From: Zootoca vivipara
Taxonomy: Eukaryota
Assembly: GCF_963506605.1 (NCBI RefSeq)
Contig: NC_083291.1
Span: forward strand, 36,084,001-36,148,000
Length of the DNA: 64,000 bases
Direction of reading: 5' to 3'
In this document: positions 12,443 through 24,074 of the stretch, piece after piece
Numbering within the stretch: position 1 is the first letter of the stretch
Layout: each line of letters begins with the position of its first letter
Notes under the pieces: model-generated
Told to the model about the DNA's origin: nothing
The model's input: only the letters and a program-made list of their open reading frames with translations
Database searches by the model: none
Position numbers and translations under genes: made by a program

Positions 12443-12790
12443 GTGGTGGAAATGGGTGATAGACTGACTGATAGCTGTTGACGACTGAAAACGACTGCAA
12501 ATGGACTTGCATGAAAAAGCAAGGGGTGAGGACTGTTCATGCAAGTCCATTTGCAGTCGTTCGCAGTCGTCAACAGCTATCAGTCAATCACCCATTTCCA
12601 CCACCCCTCCCCACCCTTTCTCTACATATAAGCGTCTGGGGACTTCTGTCTCAGTGTATCTGAAGAAGTGTGCATGCACACGAAAGCTCATACCAAAATA
12701 AAAGCTTAGTTGGTCTTTAAGGTGCTGCTGGAAGGAATTTTTTTATTTTGTTTCGACTACGTCAGACCAACACGGCTACCTACCTGTAAC
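12443..12790 (+). mobile_element. Penelope-like element pseudo-LTR with inverted 5' copy
   Basis: ~70-bp inverted repeat (12443-12515 / 12536-12604), then TATA-like sequence, hammerhead motif, AATAAA and a typical end (AAGGTGCT...CAGACCAACACGGCTACC). Confidence 0.8.
12656..12693 (+). ncRNA. Minimal type I hammerhead ribozyme (Penelope-associated)
   Basis: GTAT-CTGAAGA-A-GTGTGC/AT/GCACAC-GAAA-GC-TC-ATAC: intact CUGANGA, GAAA and UH core, stem I GTAT/ATAC, palindromic stem II, vestigial stem III. Confidence 0.75.
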
Positions 12791-13924
12791 TTGCTTTGAA
12801 GTATCATTTGAAGTATCATGCAGTATCTCTGCACACAAATCAGAATGAGTGCTAATTAAATGCCCATTATCATCTAATCTCCCTGCAAATTAATAAACAA
12901 GTTTTCTGGAAGCAGGCTGTTAGTCTGCTCCAGTGCAAACAATGAAGGGGGCTTCCTGATGGCTGTTTATTGTAGGATCAGTGTTCCTCATGCATGCAAA
13001 GGTTTGGGTTTGTTTTTGGTTTTTTTGGTAGAGGACACACCACATTGTTTTGATATTTCAAGGACCCATTTGCAAGTTAAGTCCTCACCTGAAAGCACCC
13101 AAAGAGGTGGAAGATGGTACCTTAAAGACTGTGATAAACACTTGCCCCCCCCAAAATGGGGCAGTATAATTCACAACAAGAAACTTAGGATGTGAAGGTG
13201 AGCAATCAAGCTGAAACTACAGCACATATTAGAGGTCTTCTACTGTCCCATAATCACTTTACCTATTTTGTGTTTTACATTGCCCTTCCTTATATCAAAT
13301 GTCCACATTTTACATCCTTGTGTACAACATATCCACAGGCTTTCCATTCACAGATATACAGACACAGACACACAAGCATTTTCTCTCTCCAAACTTTTAT
13401 GCCAGGTTGATTTTGCATCAAAAGGGCTGCCATGTCTTGCCTTGGTCTGGGCCAGACAAATTCAGTCCCACCACAGACTCTCATTCTGTCACTCAGCTGA
13501 TGAAAGTCTAAATAAAGGGTGCCTAGCACACTGTTCTCGAAGCTACCAACACGTGTCACGAAGAGCTGGACATGACTAAACAACAACAACAACAACACAC
13601 TGTTACAGACATTGTATTAAAAGTTAATGGGGCATCAGAGACTGTAGCGTGCTACAAGATAGTAGCTAAATCCATCCTTACCTGCCTCTGTCTGGATGCT
13701 CTTAACTCCTCACTCACTTGATCTTCAGGCTTGAACAAAAGCCCTGGGTAAAATGGAACAAAACTCAACAGAACTGCTTTGCTTAAGTATCTCTAAGTTC
13801 TGATTTAAGAAACAGGAAGGGTCTTGTTAAAGATTTGCATTGGGAGCCTGTAGAGATCTCTCACAAGCCGCTTGTATAGCTGCTCTATTTTTTAAAAAAA
13901 GGAAAGAAAAGGGAGATATTAAAA

Positions 13925-15922
13925 GCACAACTTCAGACAATACCAATGAGACGGAAACATGGAAGGTGTCTAAAGAAGCCAGGGTGGCTATCTAAATAAC
14001 TTTTAACTGAGTTAAGATTTAAAAGGGATATGTACCAAAAATGGGAAAGGGGGGAAATCACCAGAGAGGAATTCAAACAAATAGCCAGCACGTGTAGAGA
14101 CAAAGTCAGAAAAGCTAAAGCACAGAATGAACTCGGGCTTGCTAGAGAGGTTAAAAGCAACAAAAAGGGCTTTTATGGTTATGTCCGTAGCAAAAGCAAG
14201 AACAAGGAAACAGTGGGGTCACTTAGGGGAGAAGATTGTGAAATGCGAACAGGGGACAGAGAAAGGGCAGAACTCCTCAATACCTTCTTTGCCTCAGTCT
14301 TCTCCAAAAAAGAAAACAATGCCCGACCTGAAGAATATGGAGCAGATGATTCAGCAGGGGAAACACAGCCCAGAATAAGTAAGGAGGTAATACAAGAATA
14401 CTTGGCTAATTTAGATGTATTCAAGTCTCCAGGGCCAGATGAACTACATCCAAGAGTATTAAAAGAACTGGCAGAGGTGATTTCAGAACCACTGGCAATA
14501 ATCTTTGAGAATTCCTGGAGAACAGGCGAAGTCCCAGCAGACTGGAGGAGGGCAAATGTTGTCCCTATTTTCAAAAAGGGGAAAAGAGAGGACCCAAACA
14601 ATTACCGCCCAGTCAGCCTGACATCAATACCAGGAAAGATTCTAGAACAGATCATTAAGCAAACGGTCTGTGAGCACCTAGAAAGGAACGCTGTGATCAC
14701 TAAAAGTCAGCATGGGTTTCTGAAAAATAACTCATGTCAGACTAATCTGATCTCATTTTTTGACAGAATTACAAGCCTGGTAGATGAAGGGAACGCTGTG
14801 GATATAGCCTATCTTGATTTCAGCAAGGCCTTTGACAAGGTGCCCCATGATATTCTTGTAAAGAAGCTGGTAAAATGCGGGCTAGACAATGCTACCATTC
14901 AGTGGATTTGTAACTGGCTGGCTGACCGAACCCAAAGGGTGCTCATCAATGGCTCCTCTTCATATTGGAGAGTAGTGACTAGTGGTGTGCCACAGGGTTC
15001 TGTCTTGGGCCCAGTCTTATTCAACATCTTTATCAATGACTTGGATGATGGGCTTGAGAGCATCCTGAGCAAGTTTGCAGATGACACCAAATTGGGAGGG
15101 GTGGCTAATACCCCAGAGGACAGAATCACACTTCAGAATGACCTTAACAGATTAGACAACTGGGCCAAAGCAAACAAGATGAATTTTAACAGGGAGAAAT
15201 GTAAAGTACTACACTTGGGCAAAAAAAATGAAAGGCACAAATACAGGATGGGAGACACCTGGCTTGAGAGCAGTACATGTGAAAAGGATCTAGGAGTCCT
15301 GGTAGACCACAAACTTGACATGCGTCAACAGTGTGATGCAGCAGCTAATCAATAGGAGTATAGCGTCTAGATCAAGGGAAGTAATAGTACCACTGTATTC
15401 TGCTCTGGTCAGACCTCACCTGGAGTACTGTGTCCAGTTCTGGGCACCACAGTTCAAGAAGGATACTGACAAGCTGGAACGTGTCCAGAGGAGGGCAACC
15501 AAAATGGTCATAGGCCTGGAAACAATGCCTTATGAGGAACGGCTTAGGGAGCTGGGTATGTTTAGCCTGGAGAAGAGAAGGTTAAGGGGTGATATGATAG
15601 CCATGTTCAAATATATAAAAGGATGTCATATAGAGGAGGGTGAAAGGTTGTTTTCTGCTGCTCCAGAGAAGCGGACACGGAGCAATGGATTCAAACTACA
15701 AGAAAGAAGATTCCACCTAAACATTACGAAGAACTTCCTGACAGTAAGAGCTGTTCAACGGTGGAATTTGCTGCCAAGAAGTGTGGTGGAGTCTCCTTTG
15801 GAGGTCTTTAAGCAGAGGTGTGACAGCCATCTGTCAAGAATGCTTTGATGGTGTTTCCTGCTTGGCAGGGGGTTGGACTGGATGGCCCTTGTGGTCTCTT
15901 CCAACTCTATGATTCTATGATT
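13925..15922 (+). mobile_element. CR1 LINE, 5'-truncated, young (441-aa RT ORF plus one frameshift)
   Basis: RT motifs KSPGPD, NYRPVSLTS, LDFSKAFD, GVPQGSVLGP, FADD; tail (ATTCTATG)n. Confidence 0.95.
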
Positions 15923-15954
15923 CTTCAACTCTAAAAAGAAAACTTAGCAATCGT

Positions 15955-16166
15955 AGCAACCTAGAAAAGACCCTGATGTTGGGAAGATTGAGGGCACAAG
16001 GAGAAGGGGACGACAGAGGACGAGATGGTTGGACAGTGTTCTCGAAGCTACAAACATGAGTTTGACCAAACGGCGGGAGGCAGTGCAAGACAGGAGTGCC
16101 TGGTGTGCTATGGTCCATGGGGTCACAAAGAGTCGGACACGACTAAACGACTAAACAACAACAACA
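15955..16166 (+). mobile_element. BovB LINE 3' fragment
   Basis: EKTLMLGKIEG...RWLD coding end, (CAA)n tail, TSD AGCAATCGT. Confidence 0.85.
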
Positions 16167-16915
16167 GCAATCGTGTTCTATATATCAAGTATAAAAATTC
16201 CACCCTTTCCCCATCGTATGTTTCCCACCATATACTGGATTGTATCTTATCTGTTTACATGAAATCAGGCCACCAAAGACTGCAACACAATTCAGACTAC
16301 AACCGACCTTGCCTTTTAACCTCTATCGATTCAGCTAGACTGGTAACAAAAATGCAATTTATATGCGTTGTATGTGCGATATAACATTGTGCCACCAGAT
16401 GGCGACCCGGAGTCCCGTTTTTCTCGACCTGTTTTCCCTGTTTAAATTTACAACGTTTTATACCTGCCTATGTCAGGCAGGGCAGGGCTAAGACATTTTG
16501 CCACCTGAGATGAACCACGAAATGCCCCCACTGCAGGGAGGAAGGGGGACATGAAGATCTACATGAGGAACAAGGGGGAGAGGGAAGATCAACATCGGGA
16601 ACAAGCAGGAAGTAAAGAGCTACATTAGAAAAAAAAAGGGGGGAGAGATTTACATTGGGGACAAGCGAGAAGAGACATTTGGAATAAGGGTGGGAATCAA
16701 ATCAACCTTACCCAGTGGATAAACTGGGAATCAAGGGTTGCGGATCCCAGGAGACTCCAGAGGGCAGCTCCTGCCGTTTCCTCCCTAGTTACTATGGTTT
16801 AAACAGAAAGATGACAAATCTTCCCAGCCATTGCAAGTGACCTGGTCTGCTGTCTAGGTGCTAGTCATGGGTGGGCACATTCAAGGGCCATCTACCTGTT
16901 CTCCCCTTTGGGGTT

Positions 16916-17258
16916 AAAAGGTAAAGGTAAAGGGACCCCTGACAATTAAGTCCAGTTGTGAACGACTCTGGGGTTGTGGCGCTCATCTTGCTTTACAGGC
17001 CGAGGGAGACGGTGTTTGTCCACTTCCGCAGTTTTTCCAGGTCATGTGGCCAGCATGACTAAGCCACTTCTGACGAAACCAGAGCAGCGCACGGAAACAC
17101 CATTTACCTTCCTGCCAGAACGGTACCTATTTATCTATTTGCACTTTGACATGCTTTCAAACTGCTAGGTCGGCAAGAGCTGGGACCGAACAACGGGAAC
17201 TGTTGCGGGGATTTGAACTGCCTACCTTTTGATTGGCAAGCCCAAGCGGCACAGTGGT
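16916..17258 (-). mobile_element. Sauria SINE
   Basis: (AAAGGT)n tail and reverse-complement SINE body. Confidence 0.85.
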
Positions 17259-17688
17259 TACTTATCTTTAAAATGGACTTGGAGCCAGACAGCCTTTCAC
17301 ATAGAGAATGCCTTCCAACAGAGGACTTTAAAGGAGGACCCAGGACCATTTACGTACATACTAGGCATGTGGTGGCAATTATGACATTTCTGAACTAGTA
17401 TCAGGGTACATTGAAGGAGTAGCCTGAACAAGTGGAGAATTAATCCAGCAAGACAGAGATACTGTTTCCTGGAGAGTCACGAGTCGTGGAGAATGTGTAT
17501 GATGGGGTTGCGCTTTGCTTTGTTGCTTATGGGTACACCTTAATCCAGCACTGCCTGAGATTGCCCAGGTGGTTGGGATGACTTCCTAAAACACTCTTGG
17601 CTGGTGTAGCTGTTCTGTCCTTTTCCTGGAGAAGTCAGCCTTGGCCACAGTCATCCATGTGTTGCACGCCCACCCAATCTCCCAGTGC

Positions 17689-18076
17689 TGTAAGATTCCA
17701 GGGGTTCTAGGCACTTACTCAGGATTCACTTTCCTCGGAATGAGTGACAAATGAGACTGTGGTGTCTTTGTGATATATGGTTTATTTACACATGCTTCTC
17801 CCATAGTCACAGCCTTGGATTCCAGCAGAAATCAAGCATGTCTCTCCCTCACAGGCTTCAGCCTGCAGCCTGCTTCTAGCTCACACACGCACACAACACA
17901 ACTTTGGCTTTTGTCCTTATAACTAACAGCCAATTGAGGCAGCCGGCCCACCCATTTGTTTTCTGACACAGAGCCACTTCCTTTGTTACCTTAATGACCC
18001 ATACTTGAGGGACCATTACCTCATCAGGAAGCTGGCTATTCCAGCAACTGAATCCTTGCTGGATCCAGGAATTAAG
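17689..18076 (-). mobile_element. Possible solo LTR
   Basis: TG at left end, imperfect terminal repeat, flanking AGTGC direct repeat, TATA and AATAAA on the minus strand; right end lacks the canonical CA. Confidence 0.4.
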
Positions 18077-18099
18077 AGTGCATGCACCCCGCTCCAACT

Positions 18100-18343
18100 G
18101 CCAGTGTGGTATAGTGGTTAGGAGCGGTAGACTTGTAATCTGGGGAACCGGGTTCGTGTCTCCGCTCCTCCACATGCAGCTGCTGGGTGACCTTGGGCTA
18201 GTCACACTTCTCTGAAGTCTCTCAGCCCCACCCACCTCACAGGGTGTCTGTTGGGGAGGAGGGGAAAGGAGATTGTTAGCCGCTTTGAGACTCCTTCGGG
18301 TAGTGATAAAGCAGGATATCAAATCCAAATCCAAACTCTTCTT
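18100..18343 (+). mobile_element. tRNA-derived SINE, Squam3-like
   Basis: A box TGGTATAGTGG, B box GGTTCGTGTC, CORE-like GTGACCTTGGGCTAGTCAC, L2-like 3' stem, CTT tail. Confidence 0.75.
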
Positions 18344-18551
18344 CCAATTTACAGCATATGAATTTATGATATGCAAATTAGACTACAATAATACAATGAA
18401 AGTCAAGTGCATTTAAAGAGTTTTGAGAGATTTCAATTGATTCAAAATGTGGCTGCCAGGATATTAACTGGAGTTAGTCACACACAATATATAACTGCTG
18501 TGTTGCTTTTTAGAATTGTAGAGTTGGAAGGGACCCTGAGGATCATCCAGT

Positions 18552-18782
18552 GCAGGGGTGCCCCACAGGTCAATTGCGATCTACCTGTCGATCGTGGGAT
18601 GAACCTAGTCGATCCTGGTTGATCGCAGGACCCTGATGCCTCCCCCACCCCCCAAAAAAGCTCACCTTTGGCTGATCCTTCCCCCCAAAACTCAACAACT
18701 TCGATCAATTCAATGGGTAGTATCACTGCCAGTTTATTTATAGTGGGAGTAGATCACAGTCTCTTGGAAGTTGGCCACCCCT
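18552..18782. mobile_element. hAT-like MITE inserted in a CR1 3' end
   Basis: CAGGGGTG...CACCCCT termini interrupting GGAAGGGACCCTGAGGATCATCCAG...CAACCC. Confidence 0.55.
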
Positions 18783-19260
18783 AGTGCAACCCCCCCCCCC
18801 CCCGCCATGCAGGAATAGGCTGCTGTCCCATATTGAGCTCCGTCATTGAGAGGAGAGGTGGACCTACAGAGAAAGAAATTGCTGTATCATCCATAACTGG
18901 TGAACACCACTCTGCTGTGTGATGATGAGTAATCTTCCCTTGGAGTAATTTCAAAGCTACTCCATTGTCCTACAAAAAGTCGGATTTTGTGAGTGGGGAT
19001 GAAGGCTAAACAGGGAAGGCATACCTGATGTCAAGCATGTTCTTTGTCAAAAGCGGGTGAGCAAAATGTGTCTTTCCCAAGTGTGGAAAAGTCAATGCCA
19101 AGTGTGGTCGCAACTCTGACTATTTCTAAGATTGCTGTTGGTTTGTTTAGCAGCTGTACCGTAGTTGGTGTGCAACATTAATCTTTAAATTGTTTGGTGT
19201 ATTTTATTGATTTTTCTAGCTGCCTTGATTATTCTTTTTATGGACAGATTATTTTTTTAA

Positions 19261-21212
19261 TATATCAACATCAACATCAACAACACATTCAATACATTCA
19301 TGAAAAAGACTCTGTGCCTTTCCCAGGCGCTTGCTTCCTCAGAAAATCTCTGATCCTGCTGAGAAGCCTCCGTGCAGCTGCCTTTATGTCCTGGTTCCTC
19401 AGGCTGTAGATGAAGGGGTTCAGCATGGGTGTGACCACTGCATACAAGAGAGAGATGACGGTGCCTTTCTGGGCTGCGTAAGCAGAGGGAGGCTGGAAAT
19501 AGAGGGAGCTGATGGTGCCATAGAACAAGACCACTGCAGCCAAGTGGGAGCCACAGGTGGAGAAGGCTTTACGCTTCCTAGCGGTAGGTGGGACTCTCAT
19601 GATAGCACAGAATATGTGGATGTAGGAGATGAAGATGAGAACAAAAGGCCCTAGGATATCCACAACACCCTCTGTCTGCACCAGGATTTTTATGAGCCCT
19701 GTGTCGGAGCAGGAGAGTTCCAAAAGAGGGTAGACATCGCAGAAGAGGTAGGGGATCTCCCTAGAGCCACAGAAAGAGAGGCGGGATACCAGAAGCGTGT
19801 AGAGCAAAGAGTGGAGAGCAGAAACGATCCAGGACCCAGATGCCAAAACGATGCAACACTTGTGGCTCATCACGGTGGTGTAATGTAAAGGGCGGCAGAT
19901 GGCCACATAGCGGTCATAAGCCATGCAGGCCAAGAGGAAATTATCCGTGTTGCCGAATGTCAAGAAAAAATACATCTGGATCAAGCAGCCATTGAAGGAG
20001 ATGGTCTTGGTTTCGGACATCAAACTCATCAATATCTTGGGAACAGTGGTGGAGGCAAACATGGCATCTGCCAGCGAGAGGTAGCTGAGGAAGAAGTACA
20101 TTGGGGTGTGACGGAGGTGGTCGTCAAAGCGGATCAGCAGGATTATCAAAAGGTTCCCTAGTAGGGTTAACAGGTAGATGAAGAGAAAAAGAAAGAAGAG
20201 GAGGCTGTGATGTTCTGCTAGGGCAGAGATACCCAAAAGGACCATTTCAGAGATGCTTGTTTGGTTCATTCTGGCCATTTTACATCTGTAAAAGGGAATG
20301 AGAGACCAAGATAGAAGGATATCGTTTAACTGCTGCTGTGCAACTTTTGCAACTTATCCACACAACGAGAAGGGTTCGGTTGGGTCTTGCTTACCTGCAG
20401 CAGGTCACAGATTTCCCTTTGGAGAATGTGGCAGCTGAGCTCACAAAAGGCACAAACACAAACATCAAGACATTGTCAGCAATTGGGTATAGTATATAAA
20501 GAGCAGCGTGTACCTCTCTCAATACCTTGGTGAATGGGTCAATGGATGGGTCATACTTATAGATTTAATGTAAGAGGAGTTTTTGTTTTTCTAATTAAAG
20601 CCAAGCAAAATATATTTTTTGTGTTTCTTCATTGTTTCCTGAATGTATGGTCTCCCCAGCATGCTTTCTGCAGCGCAATTAATCTGCTAAATACGTCCAA
20701 TGGTGTGTATGGGTGTGCGCGCCAGGAAGGCCATTGACCCGAGCGCACATTGGGGGAGCATGAACGCCCCCCCGACACCTGAGCACCCCCCCGTCAGCGG
20801 CAGGCGCTGGGGAACACAGAAGATACTCTTCACCCTCTGTGCCCTGCCCCTGCTCAGCGTACAAATGCCTGCCTGGCAGCAGTGAGTGCTGGGGGGCACA
20901 GAGGGTGAACAGCCCCCTCTGCGCCCTGTGCCTTCCCAGTGGCATCGGCAGCAAGGGCTGAGTGAGCGCCCCCTGGCACTGGTGCACCCGCTCCAGGCTC
21001 TGGCAGATGGCGCTATGCCCTTGTTTATATGCCCCTGTTTATTTTCTTCCATCCTGGTACTTAAGGAGATGTAAGCTACATTCATGCCATACATGTAAAT
21101 CATGACTGCCCTGAAGAATCCTGGGAATTGTATTTTACCTTTCACAGAACTACAATTCCCAGCACCCTTTGTAGTTCTCAGGCCTCTTTGGGGGAAGTCA
21201 CTTTATTTTACA
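19261..21212 (-). repeat. Inverted duplication IR1, left arm
   Basis: Reverse complement of 24918-26951, including the OR CDS, 5' intron, upstream region and MITE. Confidence 0.95.
19298..20278 (-). CDS. Olfactory receptor, class II (family 1-like), 326 aa, intact; twin A1
   Basis: PMYFFLSYLS, MAYDRYVAICRPLHY, KAFSTCGSHL, PMLNPFIYSLRN; NQT sequon. Confidence 0.97.
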   Translation of the reverse strand: MARMNQTSISEMVLLGISALAEHHSLLFFLFLFIYLLTLLGNLLIILLIRFDDHLRHTPMYFFLSYLSLADAMFASTTVPKILMSLMSETKTISFNGCLIQMYFFLTFGNTDNFLLACMAYDRYVAICRPLHYTTVMSHKCCIVLASGSWIVSALHSLLYTLLVSRLSFCGSREIPYLFCDVYPLLELSCSDTGLIKILVQTEGVVDILGPFVLIFISYIHIFCAIMRVPPTARKRKAFSTCGSHLAAVVLFYGTISSLYFQPPSAYAAQKGTVISLLYAVVTPMLNPFIYSLRNQDIKAAARRLLSRIRDFLRKQAPGKGTESFS

Positions 21213-21692
21213 TGGCCCAAAATGCCCCCATTCTGGATTAGTTGTAGTTTCCAGGTCACCTTCAAAGGTAGCCCCACATAGAGTGCATTGCATTGCAGTA
21301 GTCCAAGCAAGAGATAACCAGAGCATGCACCCCTCTGGCCAGACAGTCCACGGGCAGATGGGGTCTCACCATGTGTACCAGATGGAGCAGGTAAACAGCC
21401 GCCCTGGACACAGAATAGACCTGCACCTCCATGGACAGCTGTGAGTCCAAAATGACTCCCAGGCTGCACACCTGGTCCTTCAGGGGCACAGTTACCCCAT
21501 TCAGGACCAGAGAGTCCTCCACACCTGCCCACCCCCTGTCTCCCAAAACAGTACAGTACTTCTGTCTTGTCAGGATTCAACCTCAATCTGTTAGCCGTCA
21601 TCCATCCTCCAACCGCCTCCAGACACTCACACAGGACCTTCACTGGTTCAGATTTGAAAGAGAGGTAGAGCTGGGTATCATCCGCATAACTG
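21213..21692 (-). mobile_element. L2-clade LINE fragment
   Basis: YADDTQLYLSF, RLRLNPDKTEVL, LGVILDSQL. Confidence 0.85.
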
Positions 21693-21987
21693 ATGAACAA
21701 TTGAAAAATCAAACTGCCCTATGTCAATATTATAATGCCACCATACAAATATGTGACCACACCTGGAACGCTGTGCATTGTTCTTCTCACCTCTCTCATA
21801 ATACTAGAAATCAGTATTCTCCAAGGAAGCTGAACACTGCAAGATTCAGCATGGAGCAATGAAAGTGATTCATCGATTCGTCAAAGAGTGCTTACTTAAA
21901 CTATGGAATGTTCTCCACAGGATGATCACCAGTTTGGATGACTTTAAAAGAGGATTATTATTATTATTTACAATTTTATTATATATT

Positions 21988-23863
21988 CCTGTTGTCTTTG
22001 TCCATGGAGTTTTCTTGGCAGGGATACTGGAGTGGCTTGCCAGTTCCTTCTCCAGGTGGATCACGTTTAGTCAAAACTCTCCACGATGACCTGTCTATCT
22101 TGGGTGGCCCTGCACGGATAGCTCATAGCTTCTCTGAGTTATTCAAGCCCCTTCGCCACGACAAGGCATTGATCCATGAAGGGGAGAAAAGCAATGACAA
22201 ACATAGACAGCATCTTAAAAAGCAGAGACACCACCTTGCCTACAAAGGTCCGTATAGTTAAAGCTATGGTTTTCCCAGTAGTGATGTATGGAAGTGAGAG
22301 CTGGACCATGAAGAAGGCTGATCGCCAAAGAATTGATGCTTTTGAATTATGGTGCTCTTCACTTGGAGAGTGAAGCCAAATGGGCCTTAGAAAGCACTGC
22401 TAATAACAAGGCCAGTGGAAGTGATGATATTCCAGCTGAACTATTTAAAATTTTAAAAGATGATGCTGTTAAGGTGCTACACCCAATATGCCAGCAAGTT
22501 TGGAAAACTCAGCAATGGCCAGAGGATTGGAGAAGATCAGTCTACATCCCAATTCCAAAGAAGGGCAGTGCCAAAGAATGCTCCAACTACCGCACAATTG
22601 CACTCATTTCACACGCTAGCAAGGTTATGCTGAAAATTCTACAAGGCAGGCTTAGGCAGTATGTGGACCGAGAACTCCCAGAAGTGCAAGCTGGATTTCG
22701 AAAGGGCAGAGGAACCAGAGACCAAATAGCAAACATGCCCTGGATTATGGAGAAAGCTAGAGAGTTCCAGAAAAACATCTACTTCTGCTTCATTGACTAT
22801 GCAAAAGCCTTTGACTGTGTCGACCACAGCAAACTATGGCAAGTTCTTAAAGAAATGGGAGTGCCTGATCACCTCATCTGTCTCCTGAGAAATCTCTATG
22901 TGGGACAAGAAGCTACAGTTAGAACTGGATATGGAACAACTGGTTGGTTCAAAATTGGGAAAGGAGTATGACAAGGTTGTATATTGTCTCCCTGCTTATT
23001 TAACTTATATGCAGAATTCAGCGAAAGGCTGGACTAGATGAATCCCAAACCGGAATTAAGATTGCCGGAAGAAATATCAACAACCTCAGATATGCAGATG
23101 ACACAACCTTGATGGCAGAAAGTGAGGAGGAATTAAAGAACCTTTTAATGAGGGTGAAAGAGGAGAGCACAAAATATGGTCTGAAGCTCAACATCAAAAA
23201 AACCAAGATCATGGCTACTGGTCCCATCACCTCCTGGCAAATAGAAGGGGAAGAAATTGAGGCAGTGAGAGATTTTACTTTCTTGGGCTCCTTGATCACT
23301 GCAGATGGTGACAACAGTCACGAAATTAAAAGACACCTGCTTCTTGGGAGAAAAGCAATGACAAACCTAGACAGCATCTTAAAAAGCAGAGACATCACCT
23401 TGCCTACAAAGGTCCGTATAGTTAAAGCTATGGTTTTCCCAGTAGTGATGTATGGAAGTGAGAGCTGGACCACAAAGAAGGCTGATCGCCGAAGAATTGA
23501 TGCTTTTGAATTATGGTGCTGGAGGAGACTCTTGAGAGTCCCATGGACTGCAGGAAGATCAAACCTATCCATTCTGAAGGAAATCAGCCCTGAGTGCTCA
23601 CTGGAAGGACAGATCCTGAAGCTGAGGCTCCATTACTTTGGCCACCTCATGAGAAGAGAAGACTCCCTGGAAAAGACCCTGATGCTGGGAAAGATTGAGG
23701 GCACTAGGAGAAGGGGACGACAGAGGACGAGATGGTTGGACAGTGTTCTCGAAGCTACGAACATGAGTCTGCGGGAGGCAGTGGAGGACAGGAGTGCCTG
23801 GCGTGCTCTGGTCCATGGGGTCATGAAGAGTCGGACACGACTAAACGACTAAACAACAACAAC
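21988..23863 (+). mobile_element. Rearranged BovB LINE (inverted 5' piece, displaced internal piece, main 3' half)
   Basis: RT peptides NYRTIALISHASKVMLKIL, FIDYAKAFD, RYADD; (CAA)n tail; 22182-22355 duplicates ~23348-23520; 21988-22181 resembles the BovB 5' region in reverse. Confidence 0.9.
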
Positions 23864-24026
23864 ATTATGTATTCCATTTCTATACCTCCCATCACCTGAT
23901 AATCTCATGGTGAAGTAATGGTCTGATCGGGCAATACGAGACAGTTTTCTAGGTACCTCCCTGGAATTTGTATTTTTATTTACTTTAAGCTGCATAAAAA
24001 GAACCACGTGATGAAGAATTGCTATA

Positions 24027-24074
24027 GAATGAATGAATGAATGAATGAATGAATGAATGAATGAATGAATGAAT
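24027..24074. repeat. (GAAT)n microsatellite
   Basis: About 12 perfect units. Confidence 0.95.

Noticed and set aside
14030-15355. 441-aa reverse transcriptase ORF as a domesticated gene
   Set aside because: 5'-truncated CR1 lacking the endonuclease, with a frameshift and a normal CR1 tail
16545-16695. Degenerate ~30-bp repeats (AAGATCTACAT...GGAACAAG) as a CRISPR-like array
   Set aside because: Vertebrate DNA, imperfect units with no unique spacers; decayed minisatellite or TE interior
18100-18175. tRNA gene
   Set aside because: A and B boxes belong to a SINE head; no cloverleaf, continues into a SINE body
19331-19654. Identical 107-aa antisense ORFs in both OR twins (also 26563-26886)
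   Set aside because: Opposite-strand shadow of OR CDS; identity only reflects the duplication
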